Shown here one piece after another: positions 24,404 to 33,607 of a stretch of DNA of 64,000 bases. The notes under the pieces are model-generated. The model did no database searches. It was not told the origin of the DNA and saw nothing but the letters and a program-made list of their open reading frames with translations. Every line of letters starts with the position of its first letter. Position 1 is the stretch's first letter. The stretch covers positions 5,370 to 69,369 of the forward strand of contig CAJULD010000003.1 of NCBI GenBank assembly GCA_910587505.1, given 5' to 3'. This DNA comes from an uncultured Oscillospiraceae bacterium (lineage in GTDB: Bacteria > Bacillota > Clostridia > Oscillospirales > Oscillospiraceae). Both the position numbers and the translations under genes were made by a program.

Positions 24404-26830
24404 TCAGCGCTGCATAATTAAAGCAATGTTCTCTTTTGAGAGGGAGTGCCTGTTCACATGCACCACATTGCCGCCCAGGTACCGGGTTACCCACAGGGCG
24501 TAGTCCGCGTAGTCCATGGGCTCGCCGTACACGGGCGCATAGCCGCCCTCCTCCTCAATGATGTAGTAGACAAAGCCGTCTCCGTCTTTGTCCACGTCCT
24601 CTGGGAAGGGGATCATGGTTTCGTCATAGGACAGGTAGGTATCCCGGAGACTCTTGTCCCAGCCGTCTACGGCGGCGATCTTTACATATTTGCCTGCGTC
24701 CCCGTCGTATTTGAGCAACGTATAGGGCCAGAGCGTATTTCCCGCCATGCCATGGTTGTGGCTCCAGCCCGCCGTGAGGTAGCCGTTGTCGTAGTAGGTC
24801 ACCAGGGGATACTCCGACAGCAGCGTATTGCCGTCCTCATCGTAGACCGCCTCCGCCTGCCCGGCCATGGGAGCGGCATTGGTCTGGGTGATGAGCTCGT
24901 CCCTGCCGTCGCCGTTCACATCGCAAATGGCGAAGCGGTCCGCAGCAGTGTACCCGCCAGAGGACTCCTGACGTTCCTGAATGAAATCCGACAGGATCTC
25001 CCGGAAGGCTGGCGTCAGATCGAAGTACGGGTACCGGGTGCTCAGCCCTGCGTCACTGACGGTGAATGAGCCGTCCGCATGGTAGATCACGGCGCAGGTA
25101 TAGAGGAGGTTGTTCGCATGTGTGGGATGGCCCTCCGCCTGAACCGCCCCGTCGATATGCAGAAAGATCCGCCCGCTCCGGTGCATCATGTAGTCGCAGT
25201 TCTCCTCGTCCAGGGCACATGAAAGGGGGACGTCCGACGGCCATGCCTGCCCCTGCGCCTTATAGACGGCGTTCATATCCACCGTCACCGCGCTGCCCGG
25301 ACAGCTCACCCCGGCAGCACCCGTATCCGGGGAAACCGTCAGCGTCCGGGCGGCGTTGAAATCTTCTGTGACGGTCTTTGCCGTATCCGCCGGGTATTCC
25401 GTCCACCTTTGGCCGTCCCACTCGCAGACCGTCAACAGTGACCGGAATACGCCTGTGCCGGTGGCGCCTGCATGAATCACCGCCAGCTCTTTTTCCCCGT
25501 CCCCGTCAAGATCCTCGAAGTATAATTCCGGCAACCGCCTGCCATCCAGGCGACCTTCCGTCCACTGCAAATGTTCGCCATAGCGAATCAGGCACCTGCC
25601 GTCGGGCTCTGCCTGGCTGTTATAATACACGGCGATATCCTCCTCCGGCAGCTCCGCCAGCAGCCGGATGGGGGCCTGATACCCGCCGGGGACGTCCAGG
25701 TCGAAGAGCGCGGTGGGCAGGTCCTCCAGGGCGGGGAGGGAAGGGGATTTCTGAGACGGCTCTTCTAGTTGGGCAGGTTCCGTCTGGACAGGCTCCTCCG
25801 GGTCAGCCTCCGGTTCCTCCGCCTTTGCCGCGCCGGTGAAGGTGCAGGCCGCGAACGCAATGCACGCCGCCGCAATCAGCACCGCCATCGCAGCCGTGGT
25901 TCGGGGCCGCTTCACCAGCAGGGTCACCCGCTCCTTCAGCGCGGACCTGCCGCCGGTCATGGTGGTGGCGCAGCAGGCCAGGTCGGCGGCGGTGGTTCTG
26001 CGGGCCACCAGCCCCACCAGGGTCCGGCCATAGTCCGCCCGGTTCTCCTCCCCCAACAGGCGGACGGCACCCTCGTCACAGCTCAGCTCGCAGTCCCGGC
26101 GGCTCAGGTACGCCGCCAGCCAGACCAGGGGGTTGTACCAGTGCAGTGCCAGACACACCCCCCGCAGGGCCGCCCAGATGTGGTCCCCCTGACGGAAGTG
26201 GGCGTACTCATGGGCCAGGACGTGGGGCTTCTCGTCCTCCCCCAGCCCTGGCGTCAGATAGATGCCGGGGCGGAACAGGCCGAAGAGACAGGGGGTGGGG
26301 AGGACCTCCATCACAAAGACCCGGCGGCTCCGGTACTGCCCCACCGTCCGCCGGTCCTTCTTCAATCTGTGGTCAAACCGCAGGTTCACCGCCAGCAGGA
26401 ACGCCCCCGTGAGGACGCTCCCCGCCAGCCATGCCAGCAGGAAAGCATTGCGGATGCTCACTTGTCTTTTCAGCTCCGGCAGCGGGGCCTCCGTCCGTTC
26501 TGGCCAGCCGTACCGGACCGTTTCCCTGGATTCCGCGATCTCCCCTGGGATAGAGGTATACCCGTTCTCATGTCCGATGTCCACCCAGCCATCAGGCCGG
26601 TCCCGCACATAGCGGGGAATATTCTCTGCTGCCTGGTACGCCCCCTGAGCAGCCACAGGCGTCATGACGCTGACAGGGCTTTCCCACAGGGACACCGGCA
26701 CCAGCAGCCGCAGCAGCGCCAGTCCCCACAGGGCGTACCGCAACCGGGGGCTCACCCGGTCTTTTACCAATACGCGAAGTAATATAACCAATAAAATCAA
26801 CGAAGAGGAAGTGGCGATCCACTCAATCAT
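24404..26830 (-). CDS. BlaR1/MecR1-like M56 family signal-transducing metalloprotease with a large non-PBP extracellular domain
   Basis: HEYAHFRQGDH zinc motif in the N-terminal membrane domain. C-terminal region of about 480 aa has DLDGDGEKE, DVNGDGRDE and DVDKDGDG calcium-loop-like repeats. No SxxK transpeptidase-like motif seen. Confidence 0.8.
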   Translation of the reverse strand: MIEWIATSSSLILLVILLRVLVKDRVSPRLRYALWGLALLRLLVPVSLWESPVSVMTPVAAQGAYQAAENIPRYVRDRPDGWVDIGHENGYTSIPGEIAESRETVRYGWPERTEAPLPELKRQVSIRNAFLLAWLAGSVLTGAFLLAVNLRFDHRLKKDRRTVGQYRSRRVFVMEVLPTPCLFGLFRPGIYLTPGLGEDEKPHVLAHEYAHFRQGDHIWAALRGVCLALHWYNPLVWLAAYLSRRDCELSCDEGAVRLLGEENRADYGRTLVGLVARRTTAADLACCATTMTGGRSALKERVTLLVKRPRTTAAMAVLIAAACIAFAACTFTGAAKAEEPEADPEEPVQTEPAQLEEPSQKSPSLPALEDLPTALFDLDVPGGYQAPIRLLAELPEEDIAVYYNSQAEPDGRCLIRYGEHLQWTEGRLDGRRLPELYFEDLDGDGEKELAVIHAGATGTGVFRSLLTVCEWDGQRWTEYPADTAKTVTEDFNAARTLTVSPDTGAAGVSCPGSAVTVDMNAVYKAQGQAWPSDVPLSCALDEENCDYMMHRSGRIFLHIDGAVQAEGHPTHANNLLYTCAVIYHADGSFTVSDAGLSTRYPYFDLTPAFREILSDFIQERQESSGGYTAADRFAICDVNGDGRDELITQTNAAPMAGQAEAVYDEDGNTLLSEYPLVTYYDNGYLTAGWSHNHGMAGNTLWPYTLLKYDGDAGKYVKIAAVDGWDKSLRDTYLSYDETMIPFPEDVDKDGDGFVYYIIEEEGGYAPVYGEPMDYADYALWVTRYLGGNVVHVNRHSLSKENIALIMQR

Positions 26831-27209
26831 GGCCCTTTTCCTCCAGCTTCCGCAGAACCTCGTAGAGCTGGTCGATCTCCTCCCGGCTCAACTCCTCCCG
26901 TTCCGCCATGGTGTTCACCAGCAGCCCCACGCTGCCTCCGAAGACCTTCTGCAAAAATCCTCTGGTCTCCCGGACCACCGCGTCTTCGCGGGCTACGGTG
27001 GGATAGTAGAGCTTCGCCTTCCGCCCCTGCTCCCAGCACAGCAGCCCCTTGTCCGCCATCCGGCGCACCAGGGTCTCGCCGGTGCTCTTCGTCCAGCCCG
27101 TGCGCTCCGTGAGCCGGGCGGCAATCTGGGTCACGGTCAGGGGGGATTCCTCCCACAGGCATTCGCAGACCTCCCACTCCGTGCCGGTCAGCAGGTGCTT
27201 CTCTTTCAT
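26823..27209 (-). CDS. BlaI/MecI/CopY family transcriptional repressor
   Basis: Winged-helix N-terminus (TGTEWEVCECLWEESPLTVTQIAARL). Start moved to ATG 27209, which has the AAAGGAGG RBS. Overlaps the blaR1-like start by 8 nt. Confidence 0.8.
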   Translation of the reverse strand: MKEKHLLTGTEWEVCECLWEESPLTVTQIAARLTERTGWTKSTGETLVRRMADKGLLCWEQGRKAKLYYPTVAREDAVVRETRGFLQKVFGGSVGLLVNTMAEREELSREEIDQLYEVLRKLEEKGHD

Positions 27210-27226
27210 TTCCGCCGTCCTCCTTT

Positions 27227-27278
27227 GCATGACATCGTCATGCTTTTACTGTAGCACAGATGCATGACATTGTCAAGC
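27227..27278. promoter_or_regulatory. Two operator-like dyads (GCATGAC-N3-GTCATGC and GCATGAC-N3-GTCAAGC) bracketing a TTGACA-17-TACAGT promoter
   Basis: Dyads at 27227-27243 and 27262-27278. Minus-strand -35 at 27271-27276 and -10 at 27248-27253. All read directly. Confidence 0.5.
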
Positions 27279-27456
27279 GATTCTCCTCCGGGGCCTGCGC
27301 TGCCCGTGTCCCCCTTTTTCCTGGGGCCATTGCAGAATCGCGGGGGACTGCGGCGCAAAGGGGACCGTCTGACGGAAGAACCACGGGCACTGTGCGCCTG
27401 CGTAACGTTCTGCTGCTTTTTTCGTAAGGAAAAAGCAGGCCCGCCGCGGCAGCGGC

Positions 27457-27496
27457 AAAAAAGAAAGAAGAAAGCGGAGACACCGTCTCCGCTTTC
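27457..27496 (-). terminator. Intrinsic terminator of rpmF
   Basis: gaaagcggagac / gtctccgctttc stem followed on the minus strand by ttctttctttttt. Confidence 0.7.
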
Positions 27497-27504
27497 TTCG
27501 CGTA

Positions 27505-27693
27505 TCAGTCCTCCGCAGCGGCGCTCTTGACCTGACGGCCATTGTAGGTACCGCACTCGGGGCACATTCTGTGGGGCAGGCGCATCGCGCCGCACTTGGG
27601 ACAAGGGGTCAGACCGGGCACCTTCAGCTTCCATACGGAAGAGCGGCGCTTGTCACGTCTTGCCTTGGATACTTTACCCTTAGGGACTGCCAT
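27505..27693 (-). CDS. rpmF: 50S ribosomal protein L32 (zinc-ribbon form)
   Basis: MAVPKGKVSKARRDKRR N-terminus; CPKC...CPEC. Confidence 0.9.
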   Translation of the reverse strand: MAVPKGKVSKARRDKRRSSVWKLKVPGLTPCPKCGAMRLPHRMCPECGTYNGRQVKSAAAED

Positions 27694-27732
27694 GATGACA
27701 CCTCCTGTATATCTGAATTTTTCATTTGCTGA

Positions 27733-28233
27733 TTATTTGTCTTTCTCCAGAAGCCGGGCCAGCACCGCCAATCGGGGGTCCACCTGCTTTTGGCAGGTGC
27801 AGCTCCCTTGGTTGAGATCGACGCCGCAGCCGGGGCAGATGCCCTTGCAGTCCTCCGAACAAAGGGTCTTTGTGTCCATCTCCAGAATAAACGCCGTCCG
27901 GGCCAGCTCGCCTGCGTCGACGCATCCGTCCTCCAGGACGATGATGTCGTCGTTGTCCCCGTTTTCCACGCGCTCCGCCAGCGCGTATTCACAGTGGACG
28001 GAGCGGGGATCGTCGAAGTTTTTCAGGCACCGGTCGCAGACGGACCTGAGCACTGTGCCGGCCGTGAAGGACAAAAGCAGCATCCCCGCCGTATTCCGCA
28101 CATCGCCGGTTACCACCACCGGATTTTGCGCGGGATACAGGCCGCCGAAGTCCACATCGGACAGATCCAGCTCAAACCGGAAGTCAATCCGCTCTCCGGG
28201 GGCGTTGATGATCCTCAGTACATTCAAAAGCAT
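27733..28233 (-). CDS. yceD: YceD family (DUF177) protein
   Basis: Conserved position upstream of rpmF. C-terminal CSEDCKGICPGCGVDLNQGSCTC. Confidence 0.85.
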   Translation of the reverse strand: MLLNVLRIINAPGERIDFRFELDLSDVDFGGLYPAQNPVVVTGDVRNTAGMLLLSFTAGTVLRSVCDRCLKNFDDPRSVHCEYALAERVENGDNDDIIVLEDGCVDAGELARTAFILEMDTKTLCSEDCKGICPGCGVDLNQGSCTCQKQVDPRLAVLARLLEKDK

Positions 28234-28260
28234 AGCACACCTCGCAAAGACACGACTGAT

Positions 28261-28289
28261 ATTATAGTAGAAAAGCGCCGGAATGTCAA
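28261..28289 (-). promoter_or_regulatory. Consensus promoter TTGACA-17-TATAAT for yceD-rpmF
   Basis: Read on the minus strand. GAGGTG RBS and the ATG follow within about 27 nt. Confidence 0.5.
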
Positions 28290-28661
28290 ATACTTTTTTC
28301 TGATTTTTGCAATTTTTGGGTTTTATTGATTTTGACCGTTTGCTGCTTATCGGGACAGTGCGGCGGCTTTTACGTATTCAGTCCGGCAAAAATGATAAAA
28401 CCGCACCGTCACGGCAGCTCTGCAACGTTCATGACGGCGCTCTCTGTCCATAAAGCGCTTCCGGCATCCATGCCGCTGTTCTGTTCTGTATCAGCCGGGA
28501 CGGCGCTGTCCCAACAGGAACCCCCCAGGCGGCGGACGCATAGGCTATCCCGTGCGCAGATATACAGACAGATGACGAGTGAGCGGAGCGCCGCTGGAAT
28601 ACGGCTCCCACCGGTGGAGACCGGCGGGAGCAGATGATAAGGAACAGAAGGAGGTCCCTCT

Positions 28662-29750
28662 ATGGTGAGAGTCAGCCTGTGTATGATTGTGAAAAACGAG
28701 GAGGACGTACTGGCGCGCTGTCTGGAAAGCGCGGCGGATCTGGTGGACGAGATCATTATTGTGGACACCGGCTCCACTGACCGCACCAGAGAGATTGCCG
28801 CCCGCTTTACCGGCCGGATCTTTGACTTCCCCTGGCAGGATGATTTTTCCGCCGCCCGGAATGAGTCCTTTTCCCATGCCTCCATGGATTACTGCATGTG
28901 GCTGGATGCGGACGATGTGCTGCTGGAAGAGGACAGGGAGGCCTTTCTTGCATTAAAGGAGACGCTGGACCCCGCTGTTGCGGTGGTTATGGCGCCTTAC
29001 CATACCGGGTTTGATGAGAGCGGCCGTGTAACTTTCTCCTGTTATCGGGAGCGCCTGATTAAAAATCATACCGGAATGCGGTGGACGGGGGCGGTTCACG
29101 AGGCAATCACACCGGCAGGAAAAATTCTGTATGGGGATTTCGCCGTCACCCATCGCAAGACCCGCCCCTCCGATCCGGACCGGAACCTGCGGATCTATGA
29201 GGCGCAGCTGGCCGCAGGAAAGGACCTGGAGCCCCGTCAGCAGTATTACTATGGACGGGAGCTTTACTGCCACCGCCGCTGGGCGGAGGCGCTGGCCGTC
29301 TTTGAGCGGTTTCTGGCGGAAGGCCGGGGGTGGGTGGAAAATGAGATCGACGCCTGCTGCCACTGCGCCTGTTGTCACAGGGAGCTGGGCCATGACCGGG
29401 CGGCGCTGGCGGCGCTGTTCCGCACGTTTGAATATGACTGCCCACGGGCCGAGACCTGCTGCGAAATCGGGCTCTGGTTTTTTCGGCGGGAGCAGTACCG
29501 CCAGGCCGCCTGCTGGTATGCCCTGGCGCTGACCTGCGACAGGGACGACCGCCGGGGCGCGTTTGTCTCCCCGGACTGCTATGGCTATCTCCCCTGCATC
29601 CAGCTGTGCGTCTGTTACAACCGGCTGGGGGATCAGAAGCGAGCGGAGGCTTTTAACGAGCTGGCCGCAGCCTGCAAACCGGACTCGCCGGCGGTCCTCC
29701 ACAACCGGGCGGTTTTCCGGGACCGGACGGCATATGGTCAAACAACCTGA
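28662..29750 (+). CDS. Family 2 glycosyltransferase with C-terminal TPR-like region
   Basis: SLCMIVKNEE ... IIIVDTGSTDRT ... FSAARNESF ... WLDADD (DxD). RBS AGAAGGAGG. Confidence 0.75.
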   Translation: MVRVSLCMIVKNEEDVLARCLESAADLVDEIIIVDTGSTDRTREIAARFTGRIFDFPWQDDFSAARNESFSHASMDYCMWLDADDVLLEEDREAFLALKETLDPAVAVVMAPYHTGFDESGRVTFSCYRERLIKNHTGMRWTGAVHEAITPAGKILYGDFAVTHRKTRPSDPDRNLRIYEAQLAAGKDLEPRQQYYYGRELYCHRRWAEALAVFERFLAEGRGWVENEIDACCHCACCHRELGHDRAALAALFRTFEYDCPRAETCCEIGLWFFRREQYRQAACWYALALTCDRDDRRGAFVSPDCYGYLPCIQLCVCYNRLGDQKRAEAFNELAAACKPDSPAVLHNRAVFRDRTAYGQTT

Positions 29751-29765
29751 AAACCGAAAAGTCCG

Positions 29766-29842
29766 GCGGAGAAAACGGCGCACAGCTTTGCTGCCTGCGT
29801 CTTCCGTCACGCTGCGCGCTGTTTTCTCCCGCCTCTTTTTTG
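29766..29842 (+). terminator. Long imperfect hairpin + U-tract after the glycosyltransferase gene
   Basis: ggcggagaaaacggcgcacagc pairs with gctgcgcgctgttttctcccgcc (about 21 bp; one bulge, one mismatch), then tcttttttg. Confidence 0.55.
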
Positions 29843-29884
29843 CCGTTTCCCAGGTTAATTGACGATATTGCTCACCCCTGCGCC

Positions 29885-31942
29885 TTATTGCAGTGCCGGT
29901 TCCGGGTCCTCCTGCATCAGGCGGCGGAGGGCCGGGAGGTTTTCCGCCGGCGGGGCGCAGGCGCCCTCCCGGCAGAGGTAGTACCGCTCCCCTGTCTCCG
30001 GAATGGGGTACCGCGCCGACCGGGAGGACAGGCTGGCCAGGGCCCGCCCGTTTTCCTTCGTCCTGGCCAGCACCGCCAGCCGGTAGGTCTCTCCCACCCC
30101 TGCCAGCCAGAGAGGCACGCCGTCCCCGGAGACATACACCAGCTCCCGGCGCGGGTGCAGCTCCTCCAGCAGGGCCAGCAGGGAGAAGCAATGGGCGGCG
30201 GGATAGTCACCGGCCTCTCCGGCCAGCCAGGACAGCTGCCGCGCCGCCAGCGTCCGGAACCGCTCCTCCCCGGTCAGACGGGCCAGCCTGGTCAGGGCCA
30301 GTCCCGCTGCCGCGCCGCCGGAGGGCACGCCCGCGTCGGCGGAGTCCTTCTGCCGGACGATCAGGCGCTCTCCGTGTCCGGCGGCGGTCCGGAAAAAGCC
30401 GCCGTCCGTTTCATCCCGGAACAGCGCCGCAATCCGGTCCGCCAGTCCCACCGCCTCCCGGAGACAGGAGGGGGAAAAGTCCGCCTCGTACAGCTCCAGC
30501 AGCGCCCAGCAGTAGAACGCGTAGTCGTCCAGCTGCCCCTCGACGGCCGGTTCCCGGTCCCGCCAGCGCAGCCACAGGCGGCCGTCCGGCTGCGTCAGCC
30601 GGGTTTTCAGGAACAGCCGGGCGTTTTGAGCTGCTTTCAGGTATTTTTCCTCTCCCAGCACCCGGCTGGCCTTTGCCAGAGCGGCAATCATCATGGCGTT
30701 CCAGCTGGTAAGGACCTTGTCGTCCCGGTGGAGCGGCCACCGGCGGCGGCGAAAGGCGGCCATTGCCCGGCACTGGTCCCCGTTTGTCTCCTGGAAGTTC
30801 TCATAATCCCCGTCTCCCAGCAGGTTGGGAACGCTCTCCTCCGTCCCGATGGACAGCCTCCGGCAGAACGCGCCGGCTTCTCCCGCCCCCAGGATTTCCT
30901 CCGCGTCGGCGGCGGTGAGGAGGTAGAAGCGGCCCTCTCCGCCGCCGCTGTCCGCATCCTGCCCGCAGGCGAAGCCGCCGCCGGGCAGTTTCAGCTCTTC
31001 CAGTACATAGTCCATCGTCCGGCAGGCGATCTCCCGGTAGTAAGGCCGTCCGGTCTGGGCGTAGGCCTCCAGATAGGCATAGGCCAGGAGGGCGTTGTCA
31101 TACAGCATTTTCTCAAAGTGGGGGACGCGCCACGCCCCGTCGGTACTGTAGCGGCAGAACCCGCCGCCAATCTGATCGAAAATGCCGCCCCGCGCCATCC
31201 CGGTCAGGGTGGCCTCCGCCATCTCCAGCGCTTTGCCGTCCTCCGTCCGGCGGGCGTATTCCAGCAGGAACATCAGCTCGTGGGCGGCGGGAAATTTGGG
31301 CGCGGTTCCAAACCCGCCGTTCACCCGGTCGAACCGGCGGGCCAGCTCCTGCACCGCCCGCCGGAGCAGGGCCTCCTCCGGCTCTGCGGCCTCCGTCCGC
31401 CGGGGAGCGATGTGCCGGGTTACCTCCTGCCCAAGCTCCAGAAGGCGCTGCCGGTCCGACTTCCACAGCCGGGCGGTCTCGTCGGCCAGCTCCAGAAGTC
31501 CCAGCTGTCCGCCCCGGTTTCTGGGGGGCAGATAAGTCCCCGCCCAGAAGGGCTCCTGCTCCGGGGTCATGAGGATGGTCAGGGGCCAGCCGCCGGACCC
31601 GGTGAGGGCCTGACAGGCCGCCATATACACCCCGTCGATGTCCGGCCGCTCCTCACGGTCCACCTTGACGCACACAAAGTCCCGGTTCAGCGCCGCCGCC
31701 ACCCCGGCGTCCCGGAAGGTCTCCCGGCCCATGACGTGGCACCAGTGACAGGTGGAATACCCAATGGACAGCAAAACGGGTTTATCCTCCTTTTTTGCCT
31801 CCCGGAAAGCACCGGGGCACCAGCTCCACCAGTGTACCGGGTCCTGGGCGTGCTGAAGGAGGTAGGGGGATTTCTCATACCGCAGGCGGTTCCCCTCCGC
31901 CGTCAATGTTTCCTTCATCTTTTTCTGATCCTCTCCATGCAA
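29885..31942 (-). CDS. Thioredoxin-domain (DUF255, YyaL-like) protein with six-hairpin glycosidase-like C-terminus
   Basis: N-terminal [15 protein letters not shown]...[14 protein letters not shown]; 685 aa. Confidence 0.8.
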   Translation of the reverse strand: MHGEDQKKMKETLTAEGNRLRYEKSPYLLQHAQDPVHWWSWCPGAFREAKKEDKPVLLSIGYSTCHWCHVMGRETFRDAGVAAALNRDFVCVKVDREERPDIDGVYMAACQALTGSGGWPLTILMTPEQEPFWAGTYLPPRNRGGQLGLLELADETARLWKSDRQRLLELGQEVTRHIAPRRTEAAEPEEALLRRAVQELARRFDRVNGGFGTAPKFPAAHELMFLLEYARRTEDGKALEMAEATLTGMARGGIFDQIGGGFCRYSTDGAWRVPHFEKMLYDNALLAYAYLEAYAQTGRPYYREIACRTMDYVLEELKLPGGGFACGQDADSGGGEGRFYLLTAADAEEILGAGEAGAFCRRLSIGTEESVPNLLGDGDYENFQETNGDQCRAMAAFRRRRWPLHRDDKVLTSWNAMMIAALAKASRVLGEEKYLKAAQNARLFLKTRLTQPDGRLWLRWRDREPAVEGQLDDYAFYCWALLELYEADFSPSCLREAVGLADRIAALFRDETDGGFFRTAAGHGERLIVRQKDSADAGVPSGGAAAGLALTRLARLTGEERFRTLAARQLSWLAGEAGDYPAAHCFSLLALLEELHPRRELVYVSGDGVPLWLAGVGETYRLAVLARTKENGRALASLSSRSARYPIPETGERYYLCREGACAPPAENLPALRRLMQEDPEPALQ

Positions 31943-31988
31943 TTTGTCGAAAGCGGAATTTCTTTCGTTAGTATGGGCAGGACGCCGG

Positions 31989-32029
31989 AAAAAATGAAAA
32001 GGCCCGGCTGCCAGATTCCGACAGCCGGG
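31989..32029 (-). terminator. Intrinsic terminator after the GerA-family gene
   Basis: cccggctg / cagccggg stem followed on the minus strand by ccttttcatttttt. Confidence 0.55.
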
Positions 32030-32050
32030 AAAATCTGATTATAAAAATGC

Positions 32051-33469
32051 TCAGCTGTTCTTTTTGCTGATGGGCTGCCGGATCAGCAGGCGGCCCAGGG
32101 CCTTGCCGTCAAAGGGACAGATGGGATAAAGATACCCCCGGCCCAGAATGGGCCTGGTGGAGGCCAGCAGGATCAGCCAGGCGATTGTGCCGCCCACCAG
32201 ACCCCACACGTCGAAGAGGGCCACCAGAATCAGGAACGCCATCCTCGTCAGCTTCAGCGCGTACCCCAGCTCGAAGGAGGGCTGGGCGAAATTGGCGATG
32301 GCAACAAAGGCCATATACACCAGCACCTCCGGTACCATCCATCGGGCCTGAACGGCAAAATCCCCCAATATGAGAGCCCCCAGCATACTGAAGGAGTTGC
32401 TCAGCGCGTCCGGCGTGTTCAGGCTGGCCAGCTTCAGAAGGTCCACCACGAAGTCCAGCAGCAGCAGCTGCACCAGCAGCGGCACGCTCCCCGGCTCCTC
32501 CGGGACGATGAAGCCCAGGTATTCCGGCACCCGGGAGGCGTCCTTCACCAGCAGGTACCACACCGGCGTGATAAACAGAGCCAGCAGCATCACGACCACC
32601 CGCAGCCAGCGCAGATAGGTGCCCACCAGCGGCGGGAAGTAGTAGTCGTTGGCCTCCTCCATGAAGTCGAACAGGGACGTAGGCAGCAGCATCACCGAGG
32701 GGGAGTTGTCAATGAGCATGACGATGCTGCCCTCCATGACGCAGGCCGTGGCGGTGTCGGGCCGTTCGGTGTAGCGGACCTTGGGGAAGGGGTTGTACCA
32801 CTGGGGCTTGACGATGGCCTCGGCCACGCTCTCCTGACTCATGGCGATAGACCCCACGTCGATGGCGTCCAGCTTTTTCCGCAGGGCCTCCAGCTCCCCC
32901 TGGTTGACCTGATTGTCCATATAGGCCAGCACTACGTCCGTCTGACTGCGTCCGCCCACCCTGTGGTTCTCCAGCGTGAGATGGGGATCCCGGATGCGGC
33001 GGCGGAGCAGGGCGGTGTTTTGCACCATGGTTTCCGTGAAGCCGTCGTGACTGCCCCGGAGGACCTTGCCGTCGCTGGGCTCCTCCACGCTGCGGCCGGG
33101 GAATTTCTTCGCGTCGATCATGGCGCAGCGGTCGAAGCCTTCCAGCAGCAGAATGGTCTTCCCGATAAAGGCCCCGGTGAGAATTTTTTCGATCTGATTC
33201 TCGCAGTCCACCTCGCAGAAGGTGACACACCGGTCGATGAATTCCTGCATGTTCTTCGCGTCCTGTCCCAGCGCCGCTCCCTGTCCCAGCAGGAAGGAAG
33301 TGATGCGCTCGATCACGCCGTCGTCGCCGTATCCGTCAATGACGTACAGCCGGCCCTTCCGCTGCCCGATATACAGGTCCCGGCTGATGACGTCGTAGTT
33401 CCGTCCCACACCCAGAAGCCCGTCCAGCTTTTTCTGGTTCTCGCTGAGTTGATCCGTCAGTTGCTCCAT
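32051..33469 (-). CDS. Spore germination protein, GerA/SpoVAF family (A-subunit type)
   Basis: GerA-family pattern (ISRDLYIG...LYVIDGYGDD ... LLRRRIRDP ... C-terminal multi-TM region). Start at ATG 33469 with GGAGGAAACA RBS. Confidence 0.7.
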   Translation of the reverse strand: MEQLTDQLSENQKKLDGLLGVGRNYDVISRDLYIGQRKGRLYVIDGYGDDGVIERITSFLLGQGAALGQDAKNMQEFIDRCVTFCEVDCENQIEKILTGAFIGKTILLLEGFDRCAMIDAKKFPGRSVEEPSDGKVLRGSHDGFTETMVQNTALLRRRIRDPHLTLENHRVGGRSQTDVVLAYMDNQVNQGELEALRKKLDAIDVGSIAMSQESVAEAIVKPQWYNPFPKVRYTERPDTATACVMEGSIVMLIDNSPSVMLLPTSLFDFMEEANDYYFPPLVGTYLRWLRVVVMLLALFITPVWYLLVKDASRVPEYLGFIVPEEPGSVPLLVQLLLLDFVVDLLKLASLNTPDALSNSFSMLGALILGDFAVQARWMVPEVLVYMAFVAIANFAQPSFELGYALKLTRMAFLILVALFDVWGLVGGTIAWLILLASTRPILGRGYLYPICPFDGKALGRLLIRQPISKKNS

Positions 33470-33549
33470 TGTGTTTCCTCCGCAAAACTCTACTGGGTTG
33501 TAGTGTCTGCGGAAACTGCCCGGACATACATTCTTTTTCAGAAAATTTT

Positions 33550-33589
33550 CAGCGCAAAGGACCGGCGGCAAAACCGGTCCTTTGCGCTG
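33550..33589 (-). terminator. 16-bp perfect stem-loop downstream of the flavodoxin-like gene
   Basis: cagcgcaaaggaccgg / ccggtcctttgcgctg. Followed on the minus strand by aaaattttc (weak U-tract). Confidence 0.4.
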
Positions 33590-33607
33590 TATGGAGGCGC
33601 GGGTGAT

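Noticed and set aside
25769-26782. A 337-aa plus-strand ORF antisense to the BlaR1-like gene, together with 24446-25069.
   Set aside because: They are antisense to a gene with a clear HExxH M56 motif and TM pattern, and their composition is junk (Pro/Gln/His/Arg).
27210-27230. The upstream ATG (27230) as the start of the BlaI-like repressor gene.
   Set aside because: The AAAGGAGG Shine-Dalgarno lies downstream of that ATG and correctly spaced for ATG 27209. The first operator dyad would also overlap the 27230 codon.
27264-27530. Small ORFs (27264-27530 +, 27273-27542 -, 27206-27634 -) in the gap between the BlaI-like gene and rpmF.
   Set aside because: They overlap the rpmF terminator and coding sequence, their translations are Arg/Pro-rich, and they have no start context. 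The region is better explained as promoter/operator plus terminator DNA.
29840-32038. A 732-aa plus-strand ORF and the 28953-30191 minus-strand ORF around the GT2-TPR/YyaL genes.
   Set aside because: They are antisense to genes with clear DUF255/thioredoxin and GT2 DxD motifs, their composition is low-complexity Pro/Arg/Gly, and neither has a plausible start context.
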